Positions 1-12,879 of a stretch of 64,000 nucleotides of DNA are shown piece by piece. Source of the DNA: Octopus sinensis (taxonomy: Eukaryota). Every line of letters begins with the position of its first letter. Within the stretch, counting starts at the first letter, position 1. The translations under genes were made by a program, and so were the position numbers. Where the stretch lies: assembly GCF_006345805.1 (NCBI RefSeq), contig NC_042998.1, positions 158,038,001-158,102,000 of the forward strand. Reading direction: 5' to 3'. The notes under the pieces were generated by a model. It did not search any database, was not told where the DNA came from, and worked only from the letters and a program-made list of their open reading frames with translations.

Positions 1-974
1 GGTCCCGGTCTATTAAATTATATCTTTCCCACCAAATGTGTGACCTCAAGCCGATATAATAAATCATTAGTTTTATCATCGATGATTTTAAGGCGTCAAG
101 TCTCGGGACCAATGCAATCGGCTAGGCTCTGCCGCAAAATTTCAGGCCTTGTGCCTATAATAGAAAGAATTATTATTGAGGATTTAATCATTATTATTCA
201 GGTCGGATGGAATGCAGAGGGAGCACAATGTCAGACAATATATCTCATATAGGCATAAAATCTCACAACTTTTCTAGAGAAGCAGCTGTTGAATAAGTTC
301 AACTAAGTACTTTACCAGAATATAGTTCATCAAATTTGAGGAGTGAAAAGTTATCGGGAGGTATTTTATGAACAACACTATGGACACTACTATCTATCCA
401 TCACACCACTACTACTAAGATGACGATGACAACGTATTCTACTGTTGCTAATAATAACAGCTGCTAATGATATATTCATTCTCCACGCTTCCAATTAAAT
501 TAGAGTTCCAATTATTAATGATGCAGTACAATGATAATGGTTTTAGCGCCTTCTATATTTTCATGTTTAAAATATCTGGAGGTGTGGTTGAGCGATGACA
601 TTTTGAAATAGAGTTAATATTTCAGCACATATCTGGTTGATTTTCAAGAACTTTAGAAGACAAAACCCATTTTATTCGACCTATTTTCATAAGAGTTCGC
701 TAACAAATTGAGACAATTTCATCTCCAAGAACTTGAACTTTGTAATTCCATTAATCAATAAAAATGGTTTGGTTTGTAAAAATTGCTGGTTTATTGATGT
801 ACATTTATTCACTTTTTATGATTTAGAATTGTTATCAGAATATCTTATAACGAAGATAACATAATCCACTATCATCATGCTTTTCAACCTAATTGAACAC
901 TTCCTTATCCACGATAGTTCCTCCCCCAGGGAAAGACTAACACGTATCCCTGTTATATCAAGCTTTTGTGGATC

Positions 975-1185
975 ATATTGATGTCAAATTTTGGCACAAG
1001 ATCAGCAATTTCAGGGGAGGGATTAAGTCGATTTCATCGACTGCAGTACTCAACTGGTACTTACTTTATGGACACTGAAAGGATGAAAGATAAAGTGGGC
1101 TCGATAGAATTTTAACTCAGAACACAGAGAATGAAATGCCGCTAAACATTTTGTCCGGCTAACAATTTTCCCAGCTCGCCGCCTT
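975..1185 (-). mobile_element. tRNA-derived SINE, family 1 (decayed)
   Basis: Reverse complement matches the family-1 head GGCGGCGAGCTGG...GAGTT(C)AAATT seen in the copies at 18383 and 54110. Confidence 0.7.
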
Positions 1186-2496
1186 AACTTTCGTGAACCA
1201 TATTCAGAATCAAATCTTCACCTCGTACACCGGACCTCACACTAAATTCTATTGATGTACTATATCAGCGCTATAACACCATTTAACAAATAAAAGAACA
1301 TCATTTCATCTCTTTTAACATACTTTTATTTCTCATTTTCTGTCATCTTCATCACTCACTGTATCACAATTCAGAGCGCTCACATTCCCACCATAGCTTA
1401 TTATAAACACGGCGAATCACACTGTTATCTCCAGGTTTTTCTACTACTTAGACTAAAACTGCTATTGCCATCTCACAAATTCTCCACTGCAGTAAAACTT
1501 GGATTTCCTTTCCAAATTCGAGCAAATGCAATATTTCCTCCACCTATAGCATAAATAAGCTTCACAGACTAACGAGCCTAGGCCATTGACAGAAACTCTA
1601 CATATTTACCCCAAATTTATACACAAAAGACAGAATTCCCATTCTACAAAGCTTTACATCTCACTGAGCTTATCAACAAACTATCTACCACAATTTTCAT
1701 TTCATTTCCTTTGACACCACTTACTATCTCTATCTTCTCTCAATCATAGGTTTGTGTTTCAACTAAAAGCATCCCTTCGTTTCTATAATATACAGCCGGG
1801 CAACTTTAAATACTCGTGTTCTCTCTCCTCCGCCACACCCTTTTTTCTTCAATAGCACGTTAATAAGTGGTTCAAATATCAATTCTATGTTACTGATCTC
1901 ACCAAATGTAAATTTTGCAAATTTCGATATATGAACGAAACTAAGCGCAGTCTGTTTCAGGATCATCCATAAGGTGATTTGAATAAAACCCAAAGAATCA
2001 ATGACAATCTTCCTGTGGTGTGAGTTGCACTGCGGTGAGTGTGTGAATCTGAGAAGGGAATATGTTAAATAGAATCATAATTAACTGATTCTCCTGTATT
2101 TTATTTTGCCCAAAACCAGTAATTTTACAGCACATACTCGTATACAAGGAGAGAAGAGAGAGAGAGGGAGAAAGAGAAAAAATAGAGATAAAGGAAGAAA
2201 AGAAAGGATTATAATCCACTAATATATATATATGTATATATATATATATACATCTATATAGATGTTTATTTTAAATGAGAAAGTCTCACATTCTAGTCGA
2301 AAGACCTGCTGAATCATAATGCCTGTAAAGACTGGAAAATTTGGTGTTATTTCAAATTCCATGATAAACGTATTTCATTATTATATAGGAAATATATTAC
2401 GGTGAAGGAAATATTATATTTTTATCTCACAACAAAAAATATTTTTCTCTTTATTTATCTCCCTCTTTCTCTCTCTCTCTCTCTCTCTCTCTTCAC

Positions 2497-2537
<41 letters not shown>

Positions 2538-3234
2538 ATCGTTTCTTACTCTATGATTTTTCTTCCTCTATATTCCTAATAATTTCTATAAACAGAAAAA
2601 CGTATCATTTTTTACTCTTTGTCTGAATAGTTACAGTTTAAGAGATTCTTTAGATCTCTTTACTTGTATATAACTACTATGATTTTATTATTTCAAATTA
2701 TCATTATTGAGGGAGAGAGCAATGCATACCATCAAAGTAACACGGGGGTACAAATATACAAAGCCCAATGCACCAATCGTGACTACCTGTCTGATAAGGG
2801 TACACCAGTCATATGCATCACAACCATATATGTATGACATTGTGGTTTCATATGAAGATAGACAATGCATGACCTTGCAGGTGGGGCCTAGTTAGAATTT
2901 TCTTCAGGTCGAGTAGCCTATCTCACTCAAAATTTCTTGAATAAGGTTTGTTTAAGGATGATGGACGAAACATCCATGTTGCCAGAGGTGAATTATGCAA
3001 AATTCCAAAGAATTCCTCTCAATACATGTTCCCCCACTACTCTTACCCAGGATCAGGGATACATTTCTTGTCAGTCACTAAAAAACATACTGAACTGACA
3101 AGAAAATCAGTGGTATTGAGTAGAATATTTGCTGTAAACCATCTTTTATGCTAAGACAAAACATGTACCAATACTTCCAATCACTTAAGCTGAGAAATCA
3201 TGAGAGTCACTGCCTGATACAGCATGTGGCTATT

Positions 3235-3367
3235 TCTTCTTCTTCTTCTTCTTCTTCTTCTTCTTCTTCTTCTTCTTCTTCTTCTTCTTCTTCTTCTTCT
3301 TCTTCTTCTTCTTCTTCTTCTTCTTCTTCTTCTTCTTCTTCTTCTTCTTCTTCTTCTTCTTCTTCTT

Positions 3368-3398
<31 letters not shown>

Positions 3399-3430
3399 TT
3401 CTTCTTCTTATTATTATTATTATTATTATT
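3235..3430. repeat. Compound (TCT)n-(TTA)n microsatellite
   Basis: Long TCT run followed by TTA units, directly abutting the 3' end of the RLE LINE fragment. Confidence 0.98.
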
Positions 3431-4068
3431 CAGTAGTTTTATTTTTATAGCGTGCTTTCACTTCACTACCGAGCGCAGCTCTGTGTGCCTTGGGTATGTG
3501 CTGTGATTTGTTGTGATGCTCTGATGGTTATTGTATGGAAAGTGTTCTGCGTAGGATGTGTGCAGTGCCTAGTAGTGCAATTTTTTGTATGTTATATGTG
3601 TTTGTAAGTCCTGGTGTTTTTGTTATGTATTTGTCTGAATATTTTTTTATCATGCCTAATGCACCTACTATGATAGGAATTGTTTCTGTTTTCAGGTTCC
3701 ACATTCTAGTTACCTCTATTTCCAGGTCTTTGTATTTTGAGAGTTTCTCCATTTCTTTTAGAGACACGTTGTCATCTGCCGGTATTGATACATCAATTAG
3801 AAAGCATTTTTTTTCTTCATGATCTCTGATAACTATATCTGGTCTGTTGGCCTTAATTTCTCTATCTGTGTGTATCGGCATATCCCAGAGTATGGTTGCT
3901 TTCTCGTTTTCTGTGACCTTTTCTGGTGTGTGCCTATACCATCTTTTTTCTGTTGTTATTCCATAATGTTGGCATAGCTTCCAATGTATGTAGGTTCCAA
4001 CTCTGTCATGTCTGTGAATATATTCCTTCTTAGCCAACTCTGTCATGTCTGTGAATATATTCCTTCTT
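3431..4068 (-). mobile_element. 5'-truncated R4/Dong-clade non-LTR retrotransposon (C-terminal restriction-like endonuclease domain)
   Basis: ORF 3528-4136 contains RHDRVGTYIHWKLC...ILWDMPIHTDREIKANRPDIV...CFLIDVSIP...EKLSKYKDL, the RHD/PD-(D/E)xK RLE motif. Microsatellites lie on both sides. Confidence 0.88.
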
Positions 4069-4166
4069 CTTCTTCTTCTTCTTATTATTATTATCATTAT
4101 TATTATTATTATTATTAAATTCATAATCAGTTTCATATACTGTTATATATATTTTCGCATACTATG

Positions 4167-4215
<49 letters not shown>

Positions 4216-4231
4216 TTTTTTTTTTTCAAAA

Positions 4232-4435
4232 TGTGACCTCGTGTGTACCGTTGGCGATTTTTTTCCTCTGTCTTCCCTTCTCTGGATCTTTCCTTCTCCT
4301 ATGTTTCCGACGAAGAGCTCTGCTCGAAACGTTAAACCCTCTTTCTTTCCTTCTTTCCTGTGCGTCCAATAATACTATATTTGTTCCACGTCCTCGCGTT
4401 GTTGTGCTTTTTTGTGCTTTCTTGTTTGGATTAAC
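4232..4435 (+). mobile_element. Penelope-like element tail (pLTR) fragment with a degenerate hammerhead motif
   Basis: Contains gttt-CCGACGA-A-GAGCtctGCTC-GAAAC-GTT-aaac (4303-4337). Flanked by (CA)n/(TA)n tracts. Confidence 0.6.
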
Positions 4436-5987
4436 TATATATATATATATATATAATACTATGTACTATCGAATAGTGATAATGCGTGCTTAATGCTTTG
4501 GTGGATAAATATCCTTTGTATGACTTCTTGCATAATATATTTAAGGAATTGGTTAATATGTGGTGAAAGCAATTTCTTGGAAACATTCATGACTAATGCA
4601 TAAAATTTATCTCCCCCGATCTATGTAGTTACTTTGAAATCCTGTAGAATCTCGTGAACGTCGTGTATTCACGTCTATATAAGTAGTTATATATGTACTT
4701 ATACAGTGACTTGCCAGAATTCGAACCTTAAAACTTGGGATAGAATATGTTGCATTATTTTACGTGTCAAGTGCAAATTCCATCAATTGCACATCCTACC
4801 ATTCTTTGGTGAACAAAATAAAGTACGAATAAAATATTAAGGTTGATATAATCGAATATACACGTTCTCGAAATTTCTGCCCTTGTACTTCTGTAAGAAG
4901 TCATCCAGTCGACTGTTACCTTTCCGATGTTATGAATTATTATTAATAGTAATTTGTAAGATGGTAGATGATTGACACTGTGGAGTACCAGATAAAATTG
5001 AGAGACATCTTTTTATGATCTGATCTGCGTTCAACTGCTGCTGGGGCCAATTTGTCTTTCGTTCGTCCTTGTTGATAAAATAATTCAAGCAAGTACTAGC
5101 ATCAATTTATACAGTCTCTGTGCTTATGTTGGATATATTATCAAGGTTTATCTGATCAATAGATGAACTTGTATATTCATGCAAGATTAGGTATTGTTAC
5201 CATAAATTTTCTTGATCGTTTGTCAAATGGTTAACCACAAATATGTTACTATCAAATAGTGTTTCGCATTGGATAACGAATGTATATGTCTTCGCTATGT
5301 ATAAAGCCATTCATTCTTTTCAACGACGTCATTGAACCATTGCTAATTGCTTCAGATTCCATCAGTCATGAATCTGTCTATCAGGATAACCATATACATG
5401 TATATGTACGTTGTAAAGCATATGCGCGAATACATATGCATTTAAATTTAATATGCTAACATTCCTATCAGAGGATATCGTCACCGAGGTGTTATATTTT
5501 CAACGTCCTATCAGCTTCGTCTAATAATCCCTTTCGTTCACATAATCATAATAATATACCAGCTTGAAACAAGAGAAAACTGAGGGTTCTATAATGTTGC
5601 TTTGGAATGCTCCAAGTGGAATACGTGACTGCTGACTACCGACGTGCAGTGACGAATTCTTACTTACTCGGTGAACAACTACCCAAACTACGAATTGCTT
5701 TGAAAGTGACGACGATGTATTCAAGATGAAAATTAGGACACTTGAATTATGCATATAGATAATAGAATACATAATAGAATTACTAAACTAACAATAGGCT
5801 GAAATTTGATTTCTGTGGCATTTTATGCTTAATAGTTTTTAAGACATTTCCACAAAAAAATTTGAAGAAACATTGAGGTAGAAATTACAAATATATGTTT
5901 TTCTCATTTTTATTTCAATAATAATAATAATATCCGTCAATTTTAAATAATGTAAATAATGTATCTATCTATCAATAACTGCACACA

Positions 5988-6033
<46 letters not shown>

Positions 6034-9000
6034 TACACACACATATTGCTTTTCGTTAACTTCCACATGTTACTTCTGCTTGCCCGCTACTCACTTTTAT
6101 TCCATTTTTATTCCAATTGATATTTTCATTGTTTTCTGCACCATATCCGTTATTTATGGTTTTTCACCTCTCTATCCAAATGATTTTACCTCCTTCATGT
6201 ATTATCCCAGTATTTTAGACACCTCATAGCACTATCTGGACACTCTGCATAATCTTTGAACATTTTATTGTTCTGCTATATTTTTATATGATGTTGTCTT
6301 TTCTGATCAAAGATTTCAAGCCTTTCTTCCCTCATTTTTAAAATTTTCGTTCATAGAAAAATATTTTTCCACTCTTACGTATTTTTTATAGACTTACACA
6401 CACATAAATCATACCTTACAACTTTCACTTGCCATACCATCTGATCCATAAATATCTTCATCCACACACGCACATACATACGTTCAGACATTCTCACTTT
6501 TTCATAAACACACCTTCATACTATCTATCCAACAAGTTCATACATACACCAACTCCCTCTAACCACTAACCAACCACTCTCTGCCCCACATTTGCATACA
6601 TTTATACACATACACCACTTTAACACAGCTTCTAGTCTCCGTTTTGCCCGTTTCCAGATATGGGTGCATTCTCATACTTATAGCTAAGCAGCCATCCCGT
6701 TTTTCCTCCTTAACTTGCTCTACAGAACAGCATTCGTAGCTGGTTTCTCACCTTCACTTTCCGTGAATATATAATATTGAGAGGAAAGAGATGACGAAAG
6801 GAGAGAAATTTTCTTATTTGACAGTTGTGTCAAATTAGATCAACAGTGCTATTTTATGTAAAGAAATATTTTATTGAGAGAATTGTTTTTTGTTTTTGTT
6901 TTTTTAATTGAAGAAATGTCAATATTAAGTGTTAAAGCATGTGTCAGATGTGATGCGCAGTTGGATATGATGTCTTATTATTAAGTGTGAGGTGAAACAA
7001 GTGTGTGCGTGAGAAAATATCTAGCTTAGTTACAGTTATGCGATGTATCTATTGTATCTGAGACAGGTGTATGTTGAATGTGTTCTTTTTAAACTTCTCA
7101 CATTAATTCTAATATCAAATGAGAAATTGTGGAACTAGTTAATATTGTAACCAAATATATTAACTGGACATTTTCTATTCTGTTATAAAATTGTACTCAG
7201 CCGAACACTTTTAACCAATCTCATCTTCTTTTCTACTACAGAACAAACGTCCCTACCAAGCTCATATTTTAATATATATGTCTACTTATAAATTAAAATT
7301 TACTAGAGTTACTTCTCGCGTTTATTTCCAAGTACATCGTAGAAATTCACCAATAATCACTTCTGGGCCTGTTCGGAGGTATGGCAAGGAGCCAAATCTT
7401 ACTGCTACTCACTTGGTCTTCCAACATCAATCATCCACAGACGGGGCTTGACCACAGTCTCCAGCAACTTCCCGTGGCCGTTTGAATTGAGCCTAAGTCC
7501 TTTCTCATTACTGCTTGCATGAACTTCAGTGTGCTAACGTATTCATAACGTTTGATACGTCCCTTCTTGCTGGTCTCGTCTTCGTAGTCTTTATTGCAGC
7601 TGCTCACGTCATGTCTTACAGATATCAGTGTTAACAGGGCATTGATCATCAATCCTGATGTTGGTATTTTCATACCCAAGCGCAGATCATCATTATACAG
7701 ATAACACTTTTCCAATTTTCACATGGCTTCCAGTCTTCCGTATCAGCTAACTACTTATCAACTAAAACTTTAAGCCTTATCCCGCGCCTAACACCGTTCA
7801 CCAATAAATCAAGCTATTCCTGCAAAAAGGAGACAAAAATTGTCAAATTTAACCCGAACATTCTGTAAACATCACGTTCTCTTTTGGGCTGCAACTGTGT
7901 GTTATCAACTAAAGAAAATCAGTTTAACTTGGTCTCCTACTCGTACGTTTCTTTCTCATTTCGTATTTCAGCGTTGTGCAAATCTTTCTGTAATAATCGA
8001 GTGAATTAATTTTTCATAAATACAAAACATATAACACACATGCACGTATATATATGTGTGTATGTATGTATGTGTATGTGTGTGTGAGAGAGAGAGAAAA
8101 AGTGAGAAAGAGAGAGAGAGAGAAAGACTGAGAAAGAGAGAGCAGTGTAATTATTAGCATGGATGTATGTGTGGTATGTACGTTTGTGTATTTTGGTATT
8201 TAAAAACATAAAACAGATTGTGAAACGGTTGGAATGTGATTGTCATTATATTTACTGACAGTAAATTTTTCTCAGTCCAGTGCCATAGAGTTATTTATGT
8301 CTTGTGTTAAATTGTGATTGTCCATTATAGCTATTTAATTCTGTGCTTACTGAATAGTTTCCATCAGTGAATCAGTATATTATAGTTCTCTATGTTTGCT
8401 TATATAGTCATATCATCAGAAGTGATTTGCACTTATTTCGCCTCAATTGTCCTTTATTTGAAGTTCGTAACAAAATATTCTGGTATGATTATGATTATTA
8501 TTCATAAACGTTTGATTCCATTTCTGTCTCTTCTAGTGGAATGCCCTTTTCAAAGAATCTTTCAAAACGATTCATTTTCCATAACATTAACAACAATATA
8601 GTTACATTTATGTGTGAAATAATTGGTGTTAAATCGATAACAAGATGGAAAAAGTAGTATTTGATTATTACATTAACAATTATTTATGTTGGTATCATAG
8701 AAATGCATTCTAAATAAAAGAAATCTGTCGCTCAGCTTTCAAAGCTCAAAAGACACAATTTTGTTTCCATTGGGTTCAATAATACCATGTGAACATGGGT
8801 TCATCTTTGAATAGCGGACCAAACACGTTTCTCTGTTTAACACAATCTCTTAAACTTGGATGTGTTTACTTTGTTTAGGTCTCTTGGAGAAGCCAGAAAT
8901 ATGACACATTTTTACCCAATAACACACCCTTTTCTCATTCTTTCTTTGTTTAGCTTTTTGAGAAAATCATGCACACTGACCAAGGTACAGGAAGCAGTTG

Positions 9001-10599
9001 TGAGATGAAAATGTATATAAAATTAAGACTAAAATAATAATACCAGTTCATACTATTTAAAAAACTTTAAAGCTTTATAACTATATGATGAATCAGCTTA
9101 CAATTAAGATATGAGTAAATTTCATTCTAAATGAAATATCAGCGAAGAAGAGGGAAAATCTCATGTTCATCATCAACAGCAGCAGAATCACCACTAGCAA
9201 CAACACAACCTTCACCAATATAACCATTAACAACACCACTAAAAGCGTTGTCATAGTCGTAATCATCATCATCATCGTCACTATCCTCATCGTCATAATT
9301 ATTATCATTTATCTAACACGACTACGTCAAGATTATCATCTTTAGTCCTTGTTAATATTTCTGAAGAGTTTAAAACCTTTTAATTCTAACTAGCATTGGT
9401 ATTTCAGTAATTTTAATTGTATTACGTCTTTAGCTCCACAAATGAAAGCAATTTTGTGAGTCTAGGTCATATGAAGTGCTTATTATGTTGTGTGCATTTT
9501 ATTATTCACATTTAAATGTGTTGTTCGTTCTAATCTAGATTGTTAACCTTGATATTCTTCTTGAAAAGGTTAATTTCCAATATTGTGATAAACTGCCATA
9601 TTGAAATGTTTTTATTGGTTTCCTCATAGCCCTTGCTTTTATTGCAGTGTATTGTGGGCATGTACTTTTACGCAGCTCTTTGTCGCCAAGGTTAAAACAA
9701 AATAAAAGCAAGTAAAGATTAATTGCTAATATTCTTATTGCTGCTATATATGTTTGTGGTTCCTGCATACAATGAGTAGCTTCTCGGCTCTTAATCAAGT
9801 GCAGTTTTTGTTTTGTTTTCTTGTATTTGTGTATATGAGGTATATGAAGTAATTGCAAATTGATGTATCTATCTCTGTAGCATATATTTTTACATTTTCT
9901 CAAGAGCTTAATATGCAGAATGTATTGTGATTTAGGGTAACCAATATAGATTATACTAGCTTTTTTGTGTATTGCGGATACCAGTAATTATTCATGATTA
10001 CTTAAAAATATCTCAGACTGATAATATTGAAGGGAAAAATATAAAAATGACATTTGTAATCGACTTAGTCGACATAACCCGGATTTGCACAATTGTTTAT
10101 TTCTATGGTTACTGCCTATTATCCTTTTCCACGAGGATTTTGCTTTCCAGATGTGTGCTTATTATTATTCGATTATGAATCTTTAAATTGATTAGAACAC
10201 CATAAGCCGTGTTCATGTTCAATACTTTCCAGAGTTCTTTGAAATTTTATTTCTAATAGAATTGATCTAAACTTTTTAGCTATTACAATATCTGAAAAGA
10301 ATCTTGAGGACTTTACAGCAATGTTATCTATAATTCTATGAGTAGTATGAATGGGAAGTTGAACTCAATTTACAATCAAGTACTGGAGGAGTTGATATAT
10401 TCGAAAATATTTGTACTTATGACCTATTATTTCGAGTAGAACATTTTTGAACATATCTAGAATTACCAACTATAAAAAGAAATACTTCGATTTCGCATTT
10501 GTCTTTTATGCACATAACCGGGTTGATTAATTTGAATTAATCCCATGAATATGTATTCAAATGATTTCAATATACTTTAGATTGATTGCTTTAAAACTA

Positions 10600-10770
10600 C
10601 TACTATGACAATTGTTCCGGGAATATCGATTCACTCACAATTGCCGCATCCGAGCAATTTACAAGATGGTTTAGGCCGAGCTTCTTAAGAGTATGCAGTA
10701 AATAAATTTGAACTCAGAAGATAATAACGGACGAAATGCCACTAGGCATTTTGCCCGGCGTGCAAGTGAT
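10600..10770 (-). mobile_element. tRNA-derived SINE, family 1 (decayed)
   Basis: Contains tttgaactcagaa...gcattttgcccggcgtgc, the reverse complement of the family-1 head. Confidence 0.65.
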
Positions 10771-11061
10771 TCTGCATTCTCCCTACTTTAAAAAATGTAG
10801 GTTCCAAGGAATAATATTGATAATATTGATAATATTGCTTTAAATTTTGTAGAGAATTTCTACTAATGTATACTAACCAAATTGCTGTTAAAGATATTTT
10901 ACTAGAGTTTGAGAAGGCGTTTGAACAGGTCTTACACATTTCTACTTCACGAACAATGTAACTTTCGTTTTACGTGCAAAACTGAATTGTTTTAAATGTA
11001 TATGATAAAAAGTCAAAGAACTCCTGAAAATAACATTAAATAATTTTTTTTATCTTTCCAG

Positions 11062-11165
11062 TTGTGTACCAACATGGGGTAGCGAAATTCAGGGATCGCG
11101 GACATGTTACCCAGAGTCGTTAAGGTGGGAGATTTTCGATAAACACCCACCAGGAAAATATCACG
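11062..11165 (+). other. ABHD8: 5' UTR part of the first coding exon of the ABHD8-like gene
   Basis: Polypyrimidine tract and acceptor (tttttttttatctttccAG, AG at 11060-11061) lie 104 nt before the ATG at 11166. This implies a further non-coding exon upstream, which I did not identify. Confidence 0.6.
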
Positions 11166-11508
11166 ATGCCTTTTCCTTGTTTAAAACCTCGTCGGTCTTC
11201 CAAGGTCTTCCCCGCACCGAACGCCAACCTCGATGTAGATTTGGTGGAAGTTCGCAAAGGGCGGGTTTTGCGAATACAGCATATCAATCCACGTATGCGC
11301 AATAAACAACTTCCGCAAGCAAAACAAATCAAGAATTCGTCACTTCCGCCTGTAGAACTTCGTGTGCCACGTGTCAATTTCTACGGCAACAAATGTATCG
11401 TTGCCGATCCTAATGCAAACCAAAACAACGTTCGGAATGGATTCAGCAAGATGTCTGCTTCTTCAAATGCTCCTGGGGCTCAGCACAAAAGGCATATTCC
11501 ATATGATG
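11166..11508 (+). CDS. ABHD8: ABHD8-like alpha/beta hydrolase, coding exon 1
   Basis: Translates MPFPCLKPRRSSKVFP...DLVEVRKGRVLRIQHI...PYD, resembling the ABHD8 N-terminal VEVKPGRVLRVKH motif. Ends at phase-1 donor G|GTATGT (GT 11509-11510), which joins exon 2 in frame. Confidence 0.85.
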
Positions 11509-11815
11509 GTATGTATTTACAAATTTGTCTATTTTTTTACGCGTCGTTAATGACTCATGCAATTTTACTGTGTATAACTTAGAAGAATACTAACAGAGTG
11601 ATAATGTATTATTTTATTATCAATGCATCTAAGGATAATGCTTGTTGAACATAGAGACACGTAATGATTTTATAACTCTTCAGCTTTATTATTAGCGGCA
11701 AAACATGAAGTACTCGATGTGTACTTACTCTGCATATCTTGGAAATATGTTTTGGGAAATCAGTAAAAGCTAAAAGGACGTTTGTACAAACTGTTTTCTC
11801 TCTGGTCGATATATA

Positions 11816-12745
11816 CAGGGGTTAGATAAAATAATGGACACAGTTTTTTTATTCAACTATATTTCCCTTCGCAATATGACAAATTCAGAGCTTTTCTAGC
11901 CTGTATATATTCGTTCATGATATAGCCCACTATTTGTTTTCGCTTTTCACAGTTATTTAAATTGACATAACTTAAAATGTGTGACTCTTCTGTTTTCCAA
12001 AGAGAACAAATTGTTGGAACGTGAATGTCTGCAGTGTTTAAAACTGTTCAAGTGTTTAATTTTTCAAGCGGTACACGCTTTAAAATCATATCGGCTTTCC
12101 AAAATCAAGGTAAAATGAGCTCTGTTCGGCATAATTCTAAACGGAAGGCAAAGTCTACAGAGACAAACTATAGAATAATGAAACGCAAAATGGTATGAAG
12201 GTCATCGGAAATGGCTAGTCAATGGCTTAATATAACTGTCCTCTCTGATGAATCATCATTCCTTTTTTTTTCAGTTCGGGGCGGATTTGTTTGGTACGAG
12301 CCCAAAAATGTCTTCAACGCCGGCTGTTTGGTCCTTATCATGAAGCATGAGAGTAGATCTGTGATGATTTAGGCAACCATATCAAGGCATTTTCGTGAAC
12401 GACAGAGCAGAGCGGGTATTTTGGCTGATCATGCCCAATCTACGATGCAAACATTGTTTCTGTTGGTAGCGCAATCTTCCAGGATGATAATGTGCATTTT
12501 TGGAAAAGCAAGTGAGGAACCGCTTCCCTCCGCCATAGTCTAGTCGTTGAAGGAATTAACACACGTTTTACTTGAAGAATAGCTTAAAATTCCCCTAACA
12601 ACTGTTCAGAACCTGTACCAGTCAGTTCCTCGATGTATTGAAGCTGCGATTGTTGCTGAAATTGGACCAATTTCGCACCAAAGAATAAAACGTCCATTTA
12701 ACAAGTTGTTTTAATTCTTTTATTCAAAATCATGTATTTATACAG
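11816..12745 (+). mobile_element. Tc1/mariner DNA transposon remnant
   Basis: TA followed by the Tc1-type TIR CAGGGGTTAGATAAAATAATGGACAC at 11816. Decayed transposase motifs follow: LSDESSF (~12240), MKHESRSVMI (KHGGGSVMVW-like) and IFQDDN. The right TIR is poorly conserved. Confidence 0.72.
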
Positions 12746-12879
12746 TTCCCGTATTAACACTTAATCCAAGAAATAAAAATAGTGCACACAATCATTCTAA
12801 ACCCATCAAAATTCTCATTGCATTTGATACTTTTAGGGACACTAATTCCAAACATATTAATTTTGCCCTATAACTTTAT

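Noticed and set aside
3148-3450. Poly-Ser and poly-Leu ORFs
   Set aside because: Translations of the (TCT)n microsatellite.
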